Positions 21,435 to 31,833 of a stretch of 64,000 nt of DNA are shown here, piece after piece (within the stretch, counting starts at the first letter, position 1; each line of letters starts with the position of its first letter). The stretch spans positions 1,216,001-1,280,000 of the forward strand of contig CAWJGT010000009.1 in the NCBI GenBank assembly GCA_963842525.1, read 5' to 3'. The stretch comes from an uncultured Holophagales bacterium (GTDB lineage Bacteria; Acidobacteriota; Thermoanaerobaculia; Multivoradales; UBA5704). Both the position numbers and the translations under genes were made by a program. The notes beneath the pieces are model-generated. The model did no database searches. It was given only the letters and a program-made list of their open reading frames with translations, and was not told the origin of the DNA.

Positions 21435-21806
21435 CTACGGGGTGGGCTCAGGCTCAGGCGGAAGGGTGGGAAGGGAGGCGGGCTTTTTACGGCCGCGGAA
21501 CGGCTGGAGGTTGAACTCGGCCAGCTTCTCGGCGCGGATGCCGAAATGCTGCTTCACCGCCAGGCGCAGCACGGTGCCCAAGCGTTCCGCCTCATCCAGC
21601 GTCTCCCTGAGTTGCTTCGAGGTCTCCTGCTTTTCCGCCCTCAAGAACCCCTGACGGTTGGCCAACTCCAGAGCCCTGGCCACCATCCCGTCGTACCGGG
21701 TGAGGCTGACGTCGAGGTGCAGCAGAATCTCGCGGTTGGTGCTCAGGGCGTCGCGGAACCTCTGCAGGCCGCCCAGCCTCCCCGTGTTCGTCGTCTCTCG
21801 AGCCAT
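21435..21806 (-). CDS. Hypothetical helical/coiled-coil protein (~123 aa)
   Basis: AAGGAG RBS; ...KQETSKQLRETL...HFGIRAEKLAEFNLQPFRGRK with a Pro-rich tail. Confidence 0.7.
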   Translation of the reverse strand: MARETTNTGRLGGLQRFRDALSTNREILLHLDVSLTRYDGMVARALELANRQGFLRAEKQETSKQLRETLDEAERLGTVLRLAVKQHFGIRAEKLAEFNLQPFRGRKKPASLPTLPPEPEPTP

Positions 21807-21973
21807 GCTCGTTCTCCTTGAGCCGTACTCTGGAGCGCCGGAATTGGCGCCAAGGGTCCGGCTCTTCTGCGAGCACATTGACGCCACGAGCGCAAGCCCC
21901 CAAATCGGCAGAAGGGCTATTCTGGGCGTAAAGCGCACAAATCAAAAGAGATAGACAGCGCGATCGGTGAGGT

Positions 21974-22000
21974 GATTTGTACCGATGATCGGTACAAATC
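21974..22000. promoter_or_regulatory. Perfect 13-bp inverted repeat, operator-like
   Basis: GATTTGTACCGAT-g-ATCGGTACAAATC in an AT-richer intergenic region. Confidence 0.55.
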
Positions 22001-22046
22001 AACGGATGGACCGTGAGGAGACCGGAGCGCAGTCGCTTCGGGCGCG

Positions 22047-22865
22047 TCAGCGGGACGCGCCCGTGAGCTGATCGAAGACCTCGAGCACGGTCTCGGGCCG
22101 GGTCCGGACCCGGTAGTCGTCGGTCAGGTCGACCCAGCGGATGGTGCCGGTCGGATCGATCAGCAGCTCCGCCGGGCGTGCGACGTCCGTGCCGGTGCCT
22201 CCGTCCGGGTGCAAGAGGTCATAGCGCCGGAGGACCTCGGCCTTGGGATCGCTGAGGAAGGTATAGGTCCAGCCGGTCTTCGCCAGGTGTGCGCGTGTCG
22301 CCTCGGGAGGATCGACGCTGATCGCCACGGGGCGGATGCCGCGAGCCGCGAACTCGGGAAGCTTTTCCTGGAAACTCCGTAACTCGGAGTTGCAGAACGG
22401 TCACCAGTAGCCGCGGTAGAAGATGAGGACCACCCAGGAGCCCGGAGCGCCCCCTCCCGCGGGTCCGTCGGCTCGAGGACCCAGGAGGTCGTAGAGCCGT
22501 ACCGAGCGGCCCTGGGTGTCGGCCAGGGTGAAGTCGGGGGCCTTCTCGCCGACCGCAGGAGCCTCCGCGGAGGCCGGCAACTGCCGCGACATGGCCACCG
22601 TGAAAAACAGGAATATCCCGACGACGGCCAAGCTGAGGAGCGCGAGGATCGGGCCTGTGATGCGGCCCCGGTAACGCTCCGACTGGCGGAAGGCGCGGGC
22701 GAGACCGGTGCCCAGCAGCGCCAGGCCGAGGGCGAAGAGCAGCCAGCTTGTCCAGGGAACGTCCCGCGTCACGGGGAAGCGGTAAAAGAACAGGAAATAG
22801 CTCAGGAACGCGATCACGCAGACGAGGAACCCGGCGAGGGGGAGGAAATTGCGCTGACGTGACAT
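22047..22865 (-). CDS. Membrane-anchored AhpC/TSA (peroxiredoxin-like) selenoprotein; in-frame UGA at 22401-22403
   Basis: APDFTLAD...FYRGYW-TGA-PFCNSELR...AISVD continues in the same frame, giving a UxxC motif. A hairpin follows the UGA; there are three N-terminal hydrophobic segments. Confidence 0.88.
22361..22397 (-). promoter_or_regulatory. Candidate bacterial SECIS hairpin
   Basis: mRNA after the UGA reads ccguucugc-AACUCCG-aguua-CGGAGUU-uccaggaa. Confidence 0.6.
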
Positions 22866-22995
22866 GAGAGGAGTCTACAGCTCCTTTCCTCCCGATCCAA
22901 GCTAGACTGTGCGGAATGCCGCTCAAGGGACGCACGCCGCCCCGGCGCCCACCGCTTCCAAGGAGCACTGTCCCTCCGAAGTAGACGGGTTTGTC

Positions 22996-25383
22996 CTACC
23001 GATAGAGCAGCGCTGGCCGCCGGTTTCTACGCCAGGCAGCGTGATCGGCGGCGTCTGCCGCCAGGATCTCCTCGACCGTCTTCCCCGCTCGCAGGCGCTC
23101 GAACAGCCGCGGAGTGCCGACGAGGCGGGTGAGGGCATCGCCGCCGTCTCGCCAAGCGAAGCCGGGCTGGCGAGAGAGTGCTGCGAGGAGGGTGACCCCG
23201 AGCCGGTAGGGCTCGGCCGTCGCCGGATCGGCGACTCTCACGCCCAGGCCGCGGCATTCCTGGTCCGCATACTTGGGCTGCGGCGCAGCGGGCGAGGCCC
23301 TGGGGGTGAAGCGGGCGGGCTCGAGGTGGAAGCCCGGCGCGGCGGCCGTAAGGCTGGAGGGATCGAGCCAGGGAGCGCCGAGGAGCAGGAAGGGCGACTC
23401 CGTTCCCCGGCCCTCCGAAAGGTTGGTGGCCTCCAGGAGAGCCGTGCCGGGATAGGCCAGGGCGGATTCGGCGCTGCGCAGGTTGGGCGACGGCGGCACC
23501 CACGGCCGGCCGGTGTCGGCCCAGGTCATGCGCCGCGTCCAGCCGGTCATGGGCACGACCGTGAGGCGCGCCGGCCGCTCGAGGTGCGCATTGACGTAGG
23601 TGGCCATCTCGCCGAGCGTCAGACCGTGCACGAGCGGTCCCGGGGCGAGGTTGAGGAAGCTCGCCGGGACGACGTCCCGCGGCGCGCTCACCGGGCCTTC
23701 GATCCGCTCTCCACCCAGAGGATTGGGGCGATCGAGCACCACGAAATCGATCCCCGCATCCGCCGCCGCTTCGAGGGCGAGGATGAGCGTGCTGGCGTAG
23801 GTGTAGAAGCGTACTCCGGCGTCCTGGAGGTCGAAGACCAGCGCGTCGATCCCCGCGAGGTCGGCGGGCTGTGGCCGGCGCCGCTCGCCGTAGAGGCTCA
23901 CGACCGGCAGACCGCTCACCGGATCGAGGCCGCTCTCGACGCCCTCGCCCGCAGCGGCTTGGCCTCGCAGCCCGTGCTCGGGGGCGAAGAGCCGAACCAC
24001 GTTCAGCCCGCGCGCTCGGAGCGCCTCGACGGCGTGGCGGCCGTCCGTTGTCACCGATGCCGGATGGACGATCAGGCCCACCCGTTTCCCGTCGAGAGCC
24101 GTGATCTCGCCGCCGGCGATCCGTTCCAAGCCCACCCGCACCCGCGACCCTCCAAGCGCCCGGACCACGGCATCGGCCACCGCCGGTCGTACCTCGCGGA
24201 TGAGGTTGTTCTCCCGCGTGGGATGGACGCGGTTGGTCAGCAGGATGACGTAGAGCTGCCGCTCCGGATCGATCCAGAGCGAGGTGCCGGTGAAGCCGGT
24301 GTGCCCGAACGAACGGGGACCGAACAGCGTGCCGGCGGAGGAGCCCTCCGCGGACTTCGCGTCCCAGCCCAGGGCGCGATCCGAGCCGGGGATTCCGGCC
24401 CGGCGGGTGAACAGCTCGGCGGTCTCGCGGGAGACGATGCGATGGTGGTCCAAGACGCCGCCGTTCAGGATCATCCGGGCGAAGCGGGACAGGTCTCCGG
24501 CGGTGCCGAAGAGCCCGGCGTGGGGAGCGACGCCGCCGAGTGCGAAGGCGTTCTCGTCGTGCACCTCCCCCTGGACGACACGGCGGCGCCATGGATCGTC
24601 TTCAGTGGGAGCGATCCGCGGCCACAGGGCGGCCGGCGGCCGGAAGAGGGTGTGGCGCATCCGCAGCGGCTCGAACACCCTCTCGCGTACGAACGCGTCC
24701 AGAGGCTGGCCCGTGGCCCGTTCCAGGATCTCGCCGAGGAGGATCATGCCCAGGTCGCTGTAGATGGAGCGGCTGCCCGGCGGGTATTCGAGGTCCATGG
24801 CCTGGATGCGTTCGAGATAGGCTGCCTTGCCCCGTATCTCCTTGTAGAGCTGTGCCGTCGCAGGAAGGCCGGCCGAGTGGGTGAGCAGATGGCGCACCGT
24901 CACCAGCTCTTTCCCCGGCCCGCGAAATCCCGGCAGAAGCTCCTGCACCGGCTGGTCGAGGCGGAGCCAGCCCTCGTCGACGAGGATCATGGCCATGGTC
25001 GTGGTGGCCACCACCTTGGTGAGGCTGGCGAGGTCGTAGAGCGTCTCGGCGGTCACCCGAGGGGCATCCGGGCCGTAGGAGAGGCGGCCGAAGGGGTGCA
25101 GGTGGATCAGGGCTCCCTGATGTCCGACCGCCAGGACGCCGCCCGGGAAGGCGCCTCGCTCCACATAGCCGTCGAGGAGGCGGTCCACCTCCTCCAGGTC
25201 TCGCGAGACCGGGAACGGCGGAGTGACGGGAGATAGGAACCGGCAGCTCGCCGCGAGAAGTGCAGCGAGGGCGAAGCCGGCGAGGAATCGACCCCGCCTG
25301 GGGATTGCCGGGAATGGACGCACGGATTGATAGCCTAGCGGTTGCTGCCGGGTATGAACAATCAGACCCGCCGCGGTGTCCAT
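22996..25383 (-). CDS. Serine hydrolase (beta-lactamase family) fused to NamZ/DUF1343 exo-N-acetylmuramidase-like domain; probable lipoprotein
   Basis: LASLTKV, LLTH, YSD, GEVHDENA, HAGLF, GHTGFTG, then FAPEHG, DLQDAGVRFYTY, VLDRPNP, WVPPSPN; lipobox LAASC. Start may be the GTG at 25323. Confidence 0.88.
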   Translation of the reverse strand: MDTAAGLIVHTRQQPLGYQSVRPFPAIPRRGRFLAGFALAALLAASCRFLSPVTPPFPVSRDLEEVDRLLDGYVERGAFPGGVLAVGHQGALIHLHPFGRLSYGPDAPRVTAETLYDLASLTKVVATTTMAMILVDEGWLRLDQPVQELLPGFRGPGKELVTVRHLLTHSAGLPATAQLYKEIRGKAAYLERIQAMDLEYPPGSRSIYSDLGMILLGEILERATGQPLDAFVRERVFEPLRMRHTLFRPPAALWPRIAPTEDDPWRRRVVQGEVHDENAFALGGVAPHAGLFGTAGDLSRFARMILNGGVLDHHRIVSRETAELFTRRAGIPGSDRALGWDAKSAEGSSAGTLFGPRSFGHTGFTGTSLWIDPERQLYVILLTNRVHPTRENNLIREVRPAVADAVVRALGGSRVRVGLERIAGGEITALDGKRVGLIVHPASVTTDGRHAVEALRARGLNVVRLFAPEHGLRGQAAAGEGVESGLDPVSGLPVVSLYGERRRPQPADLAGIDALVFDLQDAGVRFYTYASTLILALEAAADAGIDFVVLDRPNPLGGERIEGPVSAPRDVVPASFLNLAPGPLVHGLTLGEMATYVNAHLERPARLTVVPMTGWTRRMTWADTGRPWVPPSPNLRSAESALAYPGTALLEATNLSEGRGTESPFLLLGAPWLDPSSLTAAAPGFHLEPARFTPRASPAAPQPKYADQECRGLGVRVADPATAEPYRLGVTLLAALSRQPGFAWRDGGDALTRLVGTPRLFERLRAGKTVEEILAADAADHAAWRRNRRPALLYR

Positions 25384-25444
25384 AGCGCCGGGACCAGCGC
25401 CCTCCGGTTTTCCGCCGGCGGCGCAGCCGGCCCCTCCGGTCGCC

Positions 25445-27253
25445 ATGACAGTTGCCAGTCGCAGGAGAATCCAGTACGAGGACTTCGCGCTGGAGATCCT
25501 CCCCCAGGATGGCGGGTACGGCGTCAGGGTGCGGGCGCCGTTCCATGGCCCAGAGAGCCCGTTCCAGCCGCCGTTCGATCCTTCAGAGACCGAGCGGATC
25601 ATGGCGGTCCTGGAGCGCACGGTCCGCGGCAGTGGCCTGGATCTCGGCCGTGATCTGAAGACCGCGGCGCCCGAGGAGGCCGCCCTGCCGTCCGCTTCGG
25701 ACGTTGGCGCGGCACTGTTCCAGTCGCTCTTTCCCGGCCCGGTTCTGGAGAGGTTTCTCCTGCGCCGCGGGCAAGCCGCGGCGCGCGAAGGCTGCGGTCT
25801 GCGCATCCGGCTCCTGCTCGATCCCTCGCGGCCGGAGCTCGCTGTGCTGTGCTCTCTGCCCTGGGAGCTGCTCTACCGCGACGGTTTTCTCAGCCGCGAC
25901 GTCCTGACGCCGGTCGTGCGCTGCCTGGATACCCGCAGCCCCTGGGCCGGCACCCCGGCGCCGGTGGGCGACCGCCTGCGCATCCTGGTGGCCATGGCCA
26001 GCCCGCCGGGCTACGCGCCGCTCGACCTGCCGCGCGAGCGGAGGAGGATCGAGGAGGCCTGGGGAGGGATCGATGGAATGGAGATCGCGTTCCTCGTGGG
26101 GGCCACCCTCGCCGGCCTGCGTCAGGAGCTGCGCGACTCTCCATTCGAGGTGCTCCACTTCATGGGCCACGGCGCGCTCGACCACGAGTCCGGCGAAGGG
26201 CTGCTTCTGTTCGAGGACCCGCAAGGCGGGGCGCACCTTGTGTCGGGCGCGATGCTCGCCGAGACCTGCCGCGGCCCTCGCGGACTGCGAATGGTGTTCT
26301 TGAACGCCTGCGACACCGGCAGGCTGCCGCGCCGCGGTGGGCAGGACCCCTTCACCGGCGCGGCCTCGGCTCTGGTGATGAGCGGTGCTCCGGCCGTGGT
26401 GGCGATGCAGTTCCCCATCTCGGACGCGGCGGCGGTCGCTTTCAGCGGCGCGGTCTACACGGCCCTGGCGGCCGGCGATCCCGTCGATGCCGCAGTGGCC
26501 GAAGGACGGTTGGCCGTCTATCAGTCGTCTCCCAGTTCTCTGGAGTGGGCGACGCCGGTGCTGTTTCTCAGCACGGCGGAAGGGGTGGTGCACGAGCTGG
26601 AGAGGGCGAGGGGGCAGCGATCGTGGCTCGCCGCGGCTCCTGCGGTCGCCGCCATGCTCGTTCTCCTCACCCTTGCCGTCGTGCTTTGGGTCGCGCACCA
26701 TCGCGCGGCGGTTCAGCGACAGGCCGCTTTTTCGCTGGGGGCTTCCCTCGCCATGTTGGGGCAATCGAGCGAGGCCGCAGGGAGGCCTATTTTTGAACGG
26801 GAGCTGGCGCGGCTTGATCTCGAGCCCAACGAAGAGAAAGTGTTGTTCGAGACCTATCAGAAGCTCGAAGAAAATCGCCAGGCAGAAAGGATCGGCTCCG
26901 CGGAGCTCGCGGAAGGTGTGGAGCAACTTCGGCGCGTCGTCGCGGTGCGGCTCCAGATGCTGGCCGGGGCCGGCGCAGTCCCCTACATGGTCCTCGGATA
27001 CAACGTCTCCCACCTTTATCTTGTGCTGGGCCACTGGGACCAGCTCGAAACGCAGTCGGCCGCTCGCGTGGCGGCGAACGATATCAAGGCGATTCTCACC
27101 ATCGCACCGCAGGTCCAGCTATCCGCCGAGATCCGGCAGGCGATGGAGGGATTGGGCTCGCGCGACCTCGAAAGACAGGAGGAGCGCGCCGCCGTCCTGC
27201 AGACCCTCGGGGAGATCCTGCGGTTTTTCCAGAGAGACAACCAGGGAGGCTGA
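25445..27253 (+). CDS. CHAT domain (caspase-like) protein with a TM helix and C-terminal helical domain
   Basis: LPWELL, LHFMGHG, VFLNAC, VAMQFPISD, EWATPVL; TM segment AVAAMLVLLTLAVVLWV. Confidence 0.88.
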   Translation: MTVASRRRIQYEDFALEILPQDGGYGVRVRAPFHGPESPFQPPFDPSETERIMAVLERTVRGSGLDLGRDLKTAAPEEAALPSASDVGAALFQSLFPGPVLERFLLRRGQAAAREGCGLRIRLLLDPSRPELAVLCSLPWELLYRDGFLSRDVLTPVVRCLDTRSPWAGTPAPVGDRLRILVAMASPPGYAPLDLPRERRRIEEAWGGIDGMEIAFLVGATLAGLRQELRDSPFEVLHFMGHGALDHESGEGLLLFEDPQGGAHLVSGAMLAETCRGPRGLRMVFLNACDTGRLPRRGGQDPFTGAASALVMSGAPAVVAMQFPISDAAAVAFSGAVYTALAAGDPVDAAVAEGRLAVYQSSPSSLEWATPVLFLSTAEGVVHELERARGQRSWLAAAPAVAAMLVLLTLAVVLWVAHHRAAVQRQAAFSLGASLAMLGQSSEAAGRPIFERELARLDLEPNEEKVLFETYQKLEENRQAERIGSAELAEGVEQLRRVVAVRLQMLAGAGAVPYMVLGYNVSHLYLVLGHWDQLETQSAARVAANDIKAILTIAPQVQLSAEIRQAMEGLGSRDLERQEERAAVLQTLGEILRFFQRDNQGG

Positions 27254-27254
27254 G

Positions 27255-28290
27255 ATGGGCAAACCGGGTGCTACGGATTGGACAGGAGCCGCGACACATT
27301 CGCCGGAAGCTCAGCCGTGCCGAGGCTGTCCTTGACGAGCTCGCCCGCGGCGGCAGCACGGTGTCGGTGGAAGACCGTGGGAAGGCGGAAGACGTTCTGC
27401 TGGGTCTGCTCTGGACCGCAGGTCCCGCCGAAGGTGCACGGGCGCGGCAGGGCCTGCTGCGGCTTGCAGAGCACGGAACCCGGGAAGATCGCGTGCGGAT
27501 CGCGGCCGAGGCCGCCGCAGCCGGACCGCGTGGGAGTGCGCTCTTCGACGCCCTGCTGAGGCCCGAGGACAACGTGCTGAGCCCGGAGGAGAAGGCACTG
27601 GTGCGGGCCGCCTTGGACGAATCGCCGGAAAAGACTCTGCAGATCCTCGCGGGCTTCCTCGCCAAGTCCGCCGGTAAGGAGCCTTCGATCCCGAAGGCTC
27701 TCCGCGACCATGGCGAGCAGGCCGTCCTGCCTCGTAGAGGTCACACACCGGCACCGCAGGCGCGCACCCGTCCGGATGGCAACGGTGATGGCCGCCCGGA
27801 GGATCGCGTGGAGGACCTCATGGATCGCGATCACCCCCTGGGGGAGAGGACTGCCCTGGCCGTGCAGCTCGGGGCGGCAGCGCTGCCTTTCCTGCTGGCG
27901 CAGCTCCGCGCCGGCGACAGGGGTGAGGAAGCCGAGCTGTTCCTCCGCGTCCTGGGCCGGAATCCGCAGGTGCGGCGGACGCTCTATGCGGAGCTCCGCA
28001 AGATGGATGCGGGGGCGGATTCGGAGCTGCATGGACGAATCCAGCCGATCCTGCGCGACATCGAGCTGCACGCCCGCGGCCCCCGGGACGACGCTGATGG
28101 AGGGCACGTCCGGCCCCGGGACGGCGGGGGAGGAACCACTCTGTTGGAGAGGGCACTCGACCTCTGCGATGCGAGGGAGCTTGTTCTTCTTGCGACCGGC
28201 CGCGAAACCACGGCGGTCCGCCTGACCCTGGTCCGCCTCGGGGCGTTGCGAAAGGCCGCAGACCCGAAGGCTCCCGCGAGGAGGGAATGA
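27255..28290 (+). CDS. Hypothetical alpha-helical protein (probable +1 error at ~27307)
   Basis: ATG at 27255 with GGAGG RBS. Removing one A in GGAAGCTC joins it to ORF 27268..28290; coupled to both neighbours. Confidence 0.6.
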
Positions 28291-28291
28291 C

Positions 28292-31200
28292 ATGCCGAGC
28301 TGGCCCGTCTTCCAAGTCCGCATGCGTCCGGCCGACCCGGCGGAGAGGGATTTCCACCTTCTGGAGGAGCTGGCGAAGCCGCCGGCCTGCCTGACCGGGG
28401 GGAGCGTCTGGTGCTGGGTCTATCACGACCCCCTGGGCATCCGGGAGGTCGTGCTCAGCGGCCACACCGAGTCCGCCACCTGTCTGCAGGCGAGCAACAT
28501 CCTCATCGAGGCCCTCCGCCGGCTCGACGGCCCTGTGTCCTGGATGCTGACATGCGGCGCGGCCCACTTCCGGGTCGAAGCACTCTCAGCTACGGCGCAG
28601 GAGATCCTCGGCGTCGCCATGGCGAGTCTTCGAGAGCTGGCGGAAAACACCGGGCTCGTGACGGTCCTCGATCGCGACTGGAGTCTGCTCGCAGCGCTCC
28701 GAGACGACCTGCAGGCCCGGACCGGAGCCAAACCGCCAATGGTCGTCCTACCCATTCCGAAGGACGGTCGGGTTGCCGACTATGTCCCGCTGGTACCGGG
28801 GCGTGACCCTGGTGGGGAACCGCTGGAGTTTCGCCTGGAGGGATGGGACTTCGACTGCCCGGAGCTCCAGGCCGTGGCCAACATTCACCTGCGCAACATG
28901 CGCCGGGAGCTTCTCCGGGACGCCCTCCGGCGCCGCGGGATCTATCGTTCCTGGCTCAAAGAGTGGACCGAAATGTGGGTGCGGCGGCTCCACTGGCTCC
29001 CTGAGGAACAGGCTCAGGGCGTCACGATCAAGATCCCTCCGCCTGGCAACCGGCCCGGAGTCTCCGAGACGGAGGAAGCCATCGCGCGGTTTTTGCGGGC
29101 GTTGCCTGAGTTTCTGGACAAGGGGCAGACCTGGCCCGAACAGTTGGAGCACGAGAACAGCCAGGTTCCCTACGGGTTGTGGAGCGCCACTGATCTGGAC
29201 GAACGACACTGGCCGGAGACGATCCAGGTGGTGGACTACCAGAGGGGCATCAAGACCTCACGGCCTGCCAAGCCTACCGATCCGCCGTTCATCTGGCGCG
29301 AGCGCCTGCGCTATCAGGATTCCGGTTTCATTTCGCAATGCCTGCTTTTCATTCGCAAGATGGATGACCTTATCCGTCCCTACGAGGAACTGGAGACGCG
29401 GCTGGCGGGGTGCCAGGACCCGCAGGCAGTGGAACTGGAGCCTGGCATGGCCGTGGTCGCGGAGATCTCCCGGCGGATCGTGATCGAGACCATGATCCGC
29501 GGTTGGCCGTCGTTCTATCTCGACGACCCGCGGGACCGGGCGGTGTTCGAACGCCTGGGCCTGCAAGGTTCGTCCACGAGCCTGGTCGATCCTGGCTCGC
29601 CAAGCCCGGCGCCGCGGTGTGGCCCTGGAGCCGCTCCTGGAGGACAACGTGGTCTTCGACGTGCGTTTCGACTCCGACCTCGGCTGCACGATCCGGCCTC
29701 TGGTGCTGGTGGACGATGCGGCGCATGCCCAGGTCCACGGCAGCCGGATGGGCGCCAGCGTCTTCATTCCCCTGTGGACGCGCCGGACCTGCCGGCCGCT
29801 CGACGGCGAGGTCCTCGGCCTGGCCGCCGGCAACCGCGAGCGCGCGCAGCGGCTGGTGGAGATGGCGAGCCGTCGCGCCGGAGGACCGGACGCCTCGGCC
29901 GAGGCGGCGGCGGAGCTTCTGCGCAAGGCCCTGGCCTGCCATCCCGCGGAGGCCGGATACCGCATCCTGCGGGAGTGGTCGCGGCGGTTGGGCAGAGAGA
30001 CGGCGTCGGAATTCCAACGGGCGCGGGAGCTGGTGGAGGCTCAGGCGCTCTGCCGGCGCCTGCGCCATGGCGAGGCCCGGCCCCGCATCGCGGCTCACCT
30101 CGCCGCGGAGCCCGACCCGGTGCCCGATGCCCTGGTGATGGCAGCGCTCTGCGAGCTGGCAGGAGGTTGGGACCTGGCACAGCAGGTCGAGGAGCTGGAG
30201 GAGGCGGCCAAGAATCATGATGCGCTCATTCCCCGCTACAACGACCTCGTCGAGAAGGCACGTACGCTGCGGGCCGAGCTGCCTAGGGAGAACGCATTGG
30301 GCCCTCTACAGGGTTTCGTCTTCGGGTCGAGGCGCACCCTGGACTTGTTCTCGAGGCTTCAGGTTTTAGAGGGGCAGTTGCAGCAGGCCGGCGAGCAGTT
30401 GCACCGGGAGGAGGCCCGTTGCGACCGCCTTCAGAAGACGCTGGGACAGCGTCGCCAGACGGCCGAGACCGCCATCCGCGAGGCATTAGCGGATCCCGCC
30501 TCGATCTCCGCCGACCGGCCTGCCCTCGCCCGCGTTGCTCGTGAAGCCCCGGACGAGCTGGAAGCGGTGCTCGCCGGCGAAGGGCTCCTGCCCCTGCGGC
30601 AATCCGAAGCCTTCGATCGCCGCTACGACGGTGTCCGCAAGCTGGTTGATATCCGGGGAGCCCTGGAGATCTTGCAAGCCCTGGCTGAGGTGCGCTACCG
30701 GATCGACCATGATCCGCAATGCTTGGCCCTGAAGAAAGAGGCCCAGGAGCTGCTGCGGCTCTCCCGCGACGTCAGGCTGCCGCCCCGCCTCGAGGAAAAC
30801 CTGAAGGATCTGATCGCGGAGCTCGACCGTGGAGAAGGAGACCGCATCCTGCATCGCACTCTTCTGGCTGCCCTCGACGATGCCATGGGGGGCGCTGTGT
30901 CCGCGGTCCATGATCGAAGGAGCGACACCTCTCTCCCGGCGACGTCCTACGGCGAAGATCTGGAGATCCGCGTCCAGGTACTGCAATGCATCGACCTGCG
31001 GTACCGGCTGGCCCTTGAAGCCCTGCTCGGCGCCCGGGTGGCTCTGGCGCGCGTCGCCTCCCAACCCTGGACCGTGCTCGACTCCGGGCTGATAGAGCTG
31101 CCGGACGGAGCCGGCCTCGGTTTCGACGCCACGTCCGGCACGGTCTTCGTAGACTCGCCGGACAGTCGCACCCCGCTCCTGCGCATCGACGGCATCGCGC

Positions 31201-31571
31201 CCGAAGAGACGGACCACCTCGCCCTCTTCTTCACCGACCCGGCACTGCCTGCCCGGATCGACTTTCGCGCCCCCTCGCCCGCTGAGGGCCTGCTCCTGAC
31301 CGAGGTCGAGCCGGGTCTCCTCTGGCATGTCTGGCGAGACGCCTTGGCCCTGGTGCAGACCGAGCTTCTGTGCTCCCTGAGCTTCTTTTCGTACCGGGCA
31401 TGCCTGTACCCGGAGCTCTCGCCCTCCCTGACCGAGGCGGGCCGGCGCATGGAGGCGAGGATGGAGGAGGCCGTGCCGCGGGACGTGCCGGAGGTCGACT
31501 GGCAGTGGAGCAACCCAGGGCCGCGCTGGAGCCGCCTGCTCGGCCGCCGCGTTCGCAGGGTCCCCGGGTGA
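28292..31571 (+). CDS. Large hypothetical protein with coiled-coil region (probable +1 error at ~29581)
   Basis: ORF 28292 is protein-like to ~29580 and continues in the frame of ORF 29619..31571; no family recognised. Confidence 0.6.
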
Positions 31572-31636
31572 GCCCTACCCCGGCTTGACAGGGACTCGTC
31601 AAAGTCGGGCGGAGGCGGAGTTTTCCCCGCCCCAAG

Positions 31637-31792
31637 ACCCTCACCCCCTGGCCCCCTCTCCCACCCGCACTCCCATCCACCCGGGAGAGGGGGAACCCCC
31701 AACACTCTTTTTTCTCAAGACCTTGGGCGGTGGCGCCCCCTCTCCCGGGTGGGCGTGAGTGCGGGTGGGAGAGGGGGACGGGGGGTGAGGGT
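31637..31792. repeat. 156-bp palindromic REP/MITE-like element between convergent genes
   Basis: ACCCTCACCCC...GGGGTGAGGGT ends with two CCCTCTCCC/GGGAGAGGG hairpins; same family as 6224-6373. Confidence 0.85.
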
Positions 31793-31833
31793 GGGCGGAG
31801 GGAGGCCCCCGCTACGACGACTTTGACGGAGCC

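Noticed and set aside
22401-22865. 154-aa membrane protein and 93-aa ORF as two separate genes
   Set aside because: They share one frame, and the UGA falls at the redox-active position of a single thioredoxin fold.
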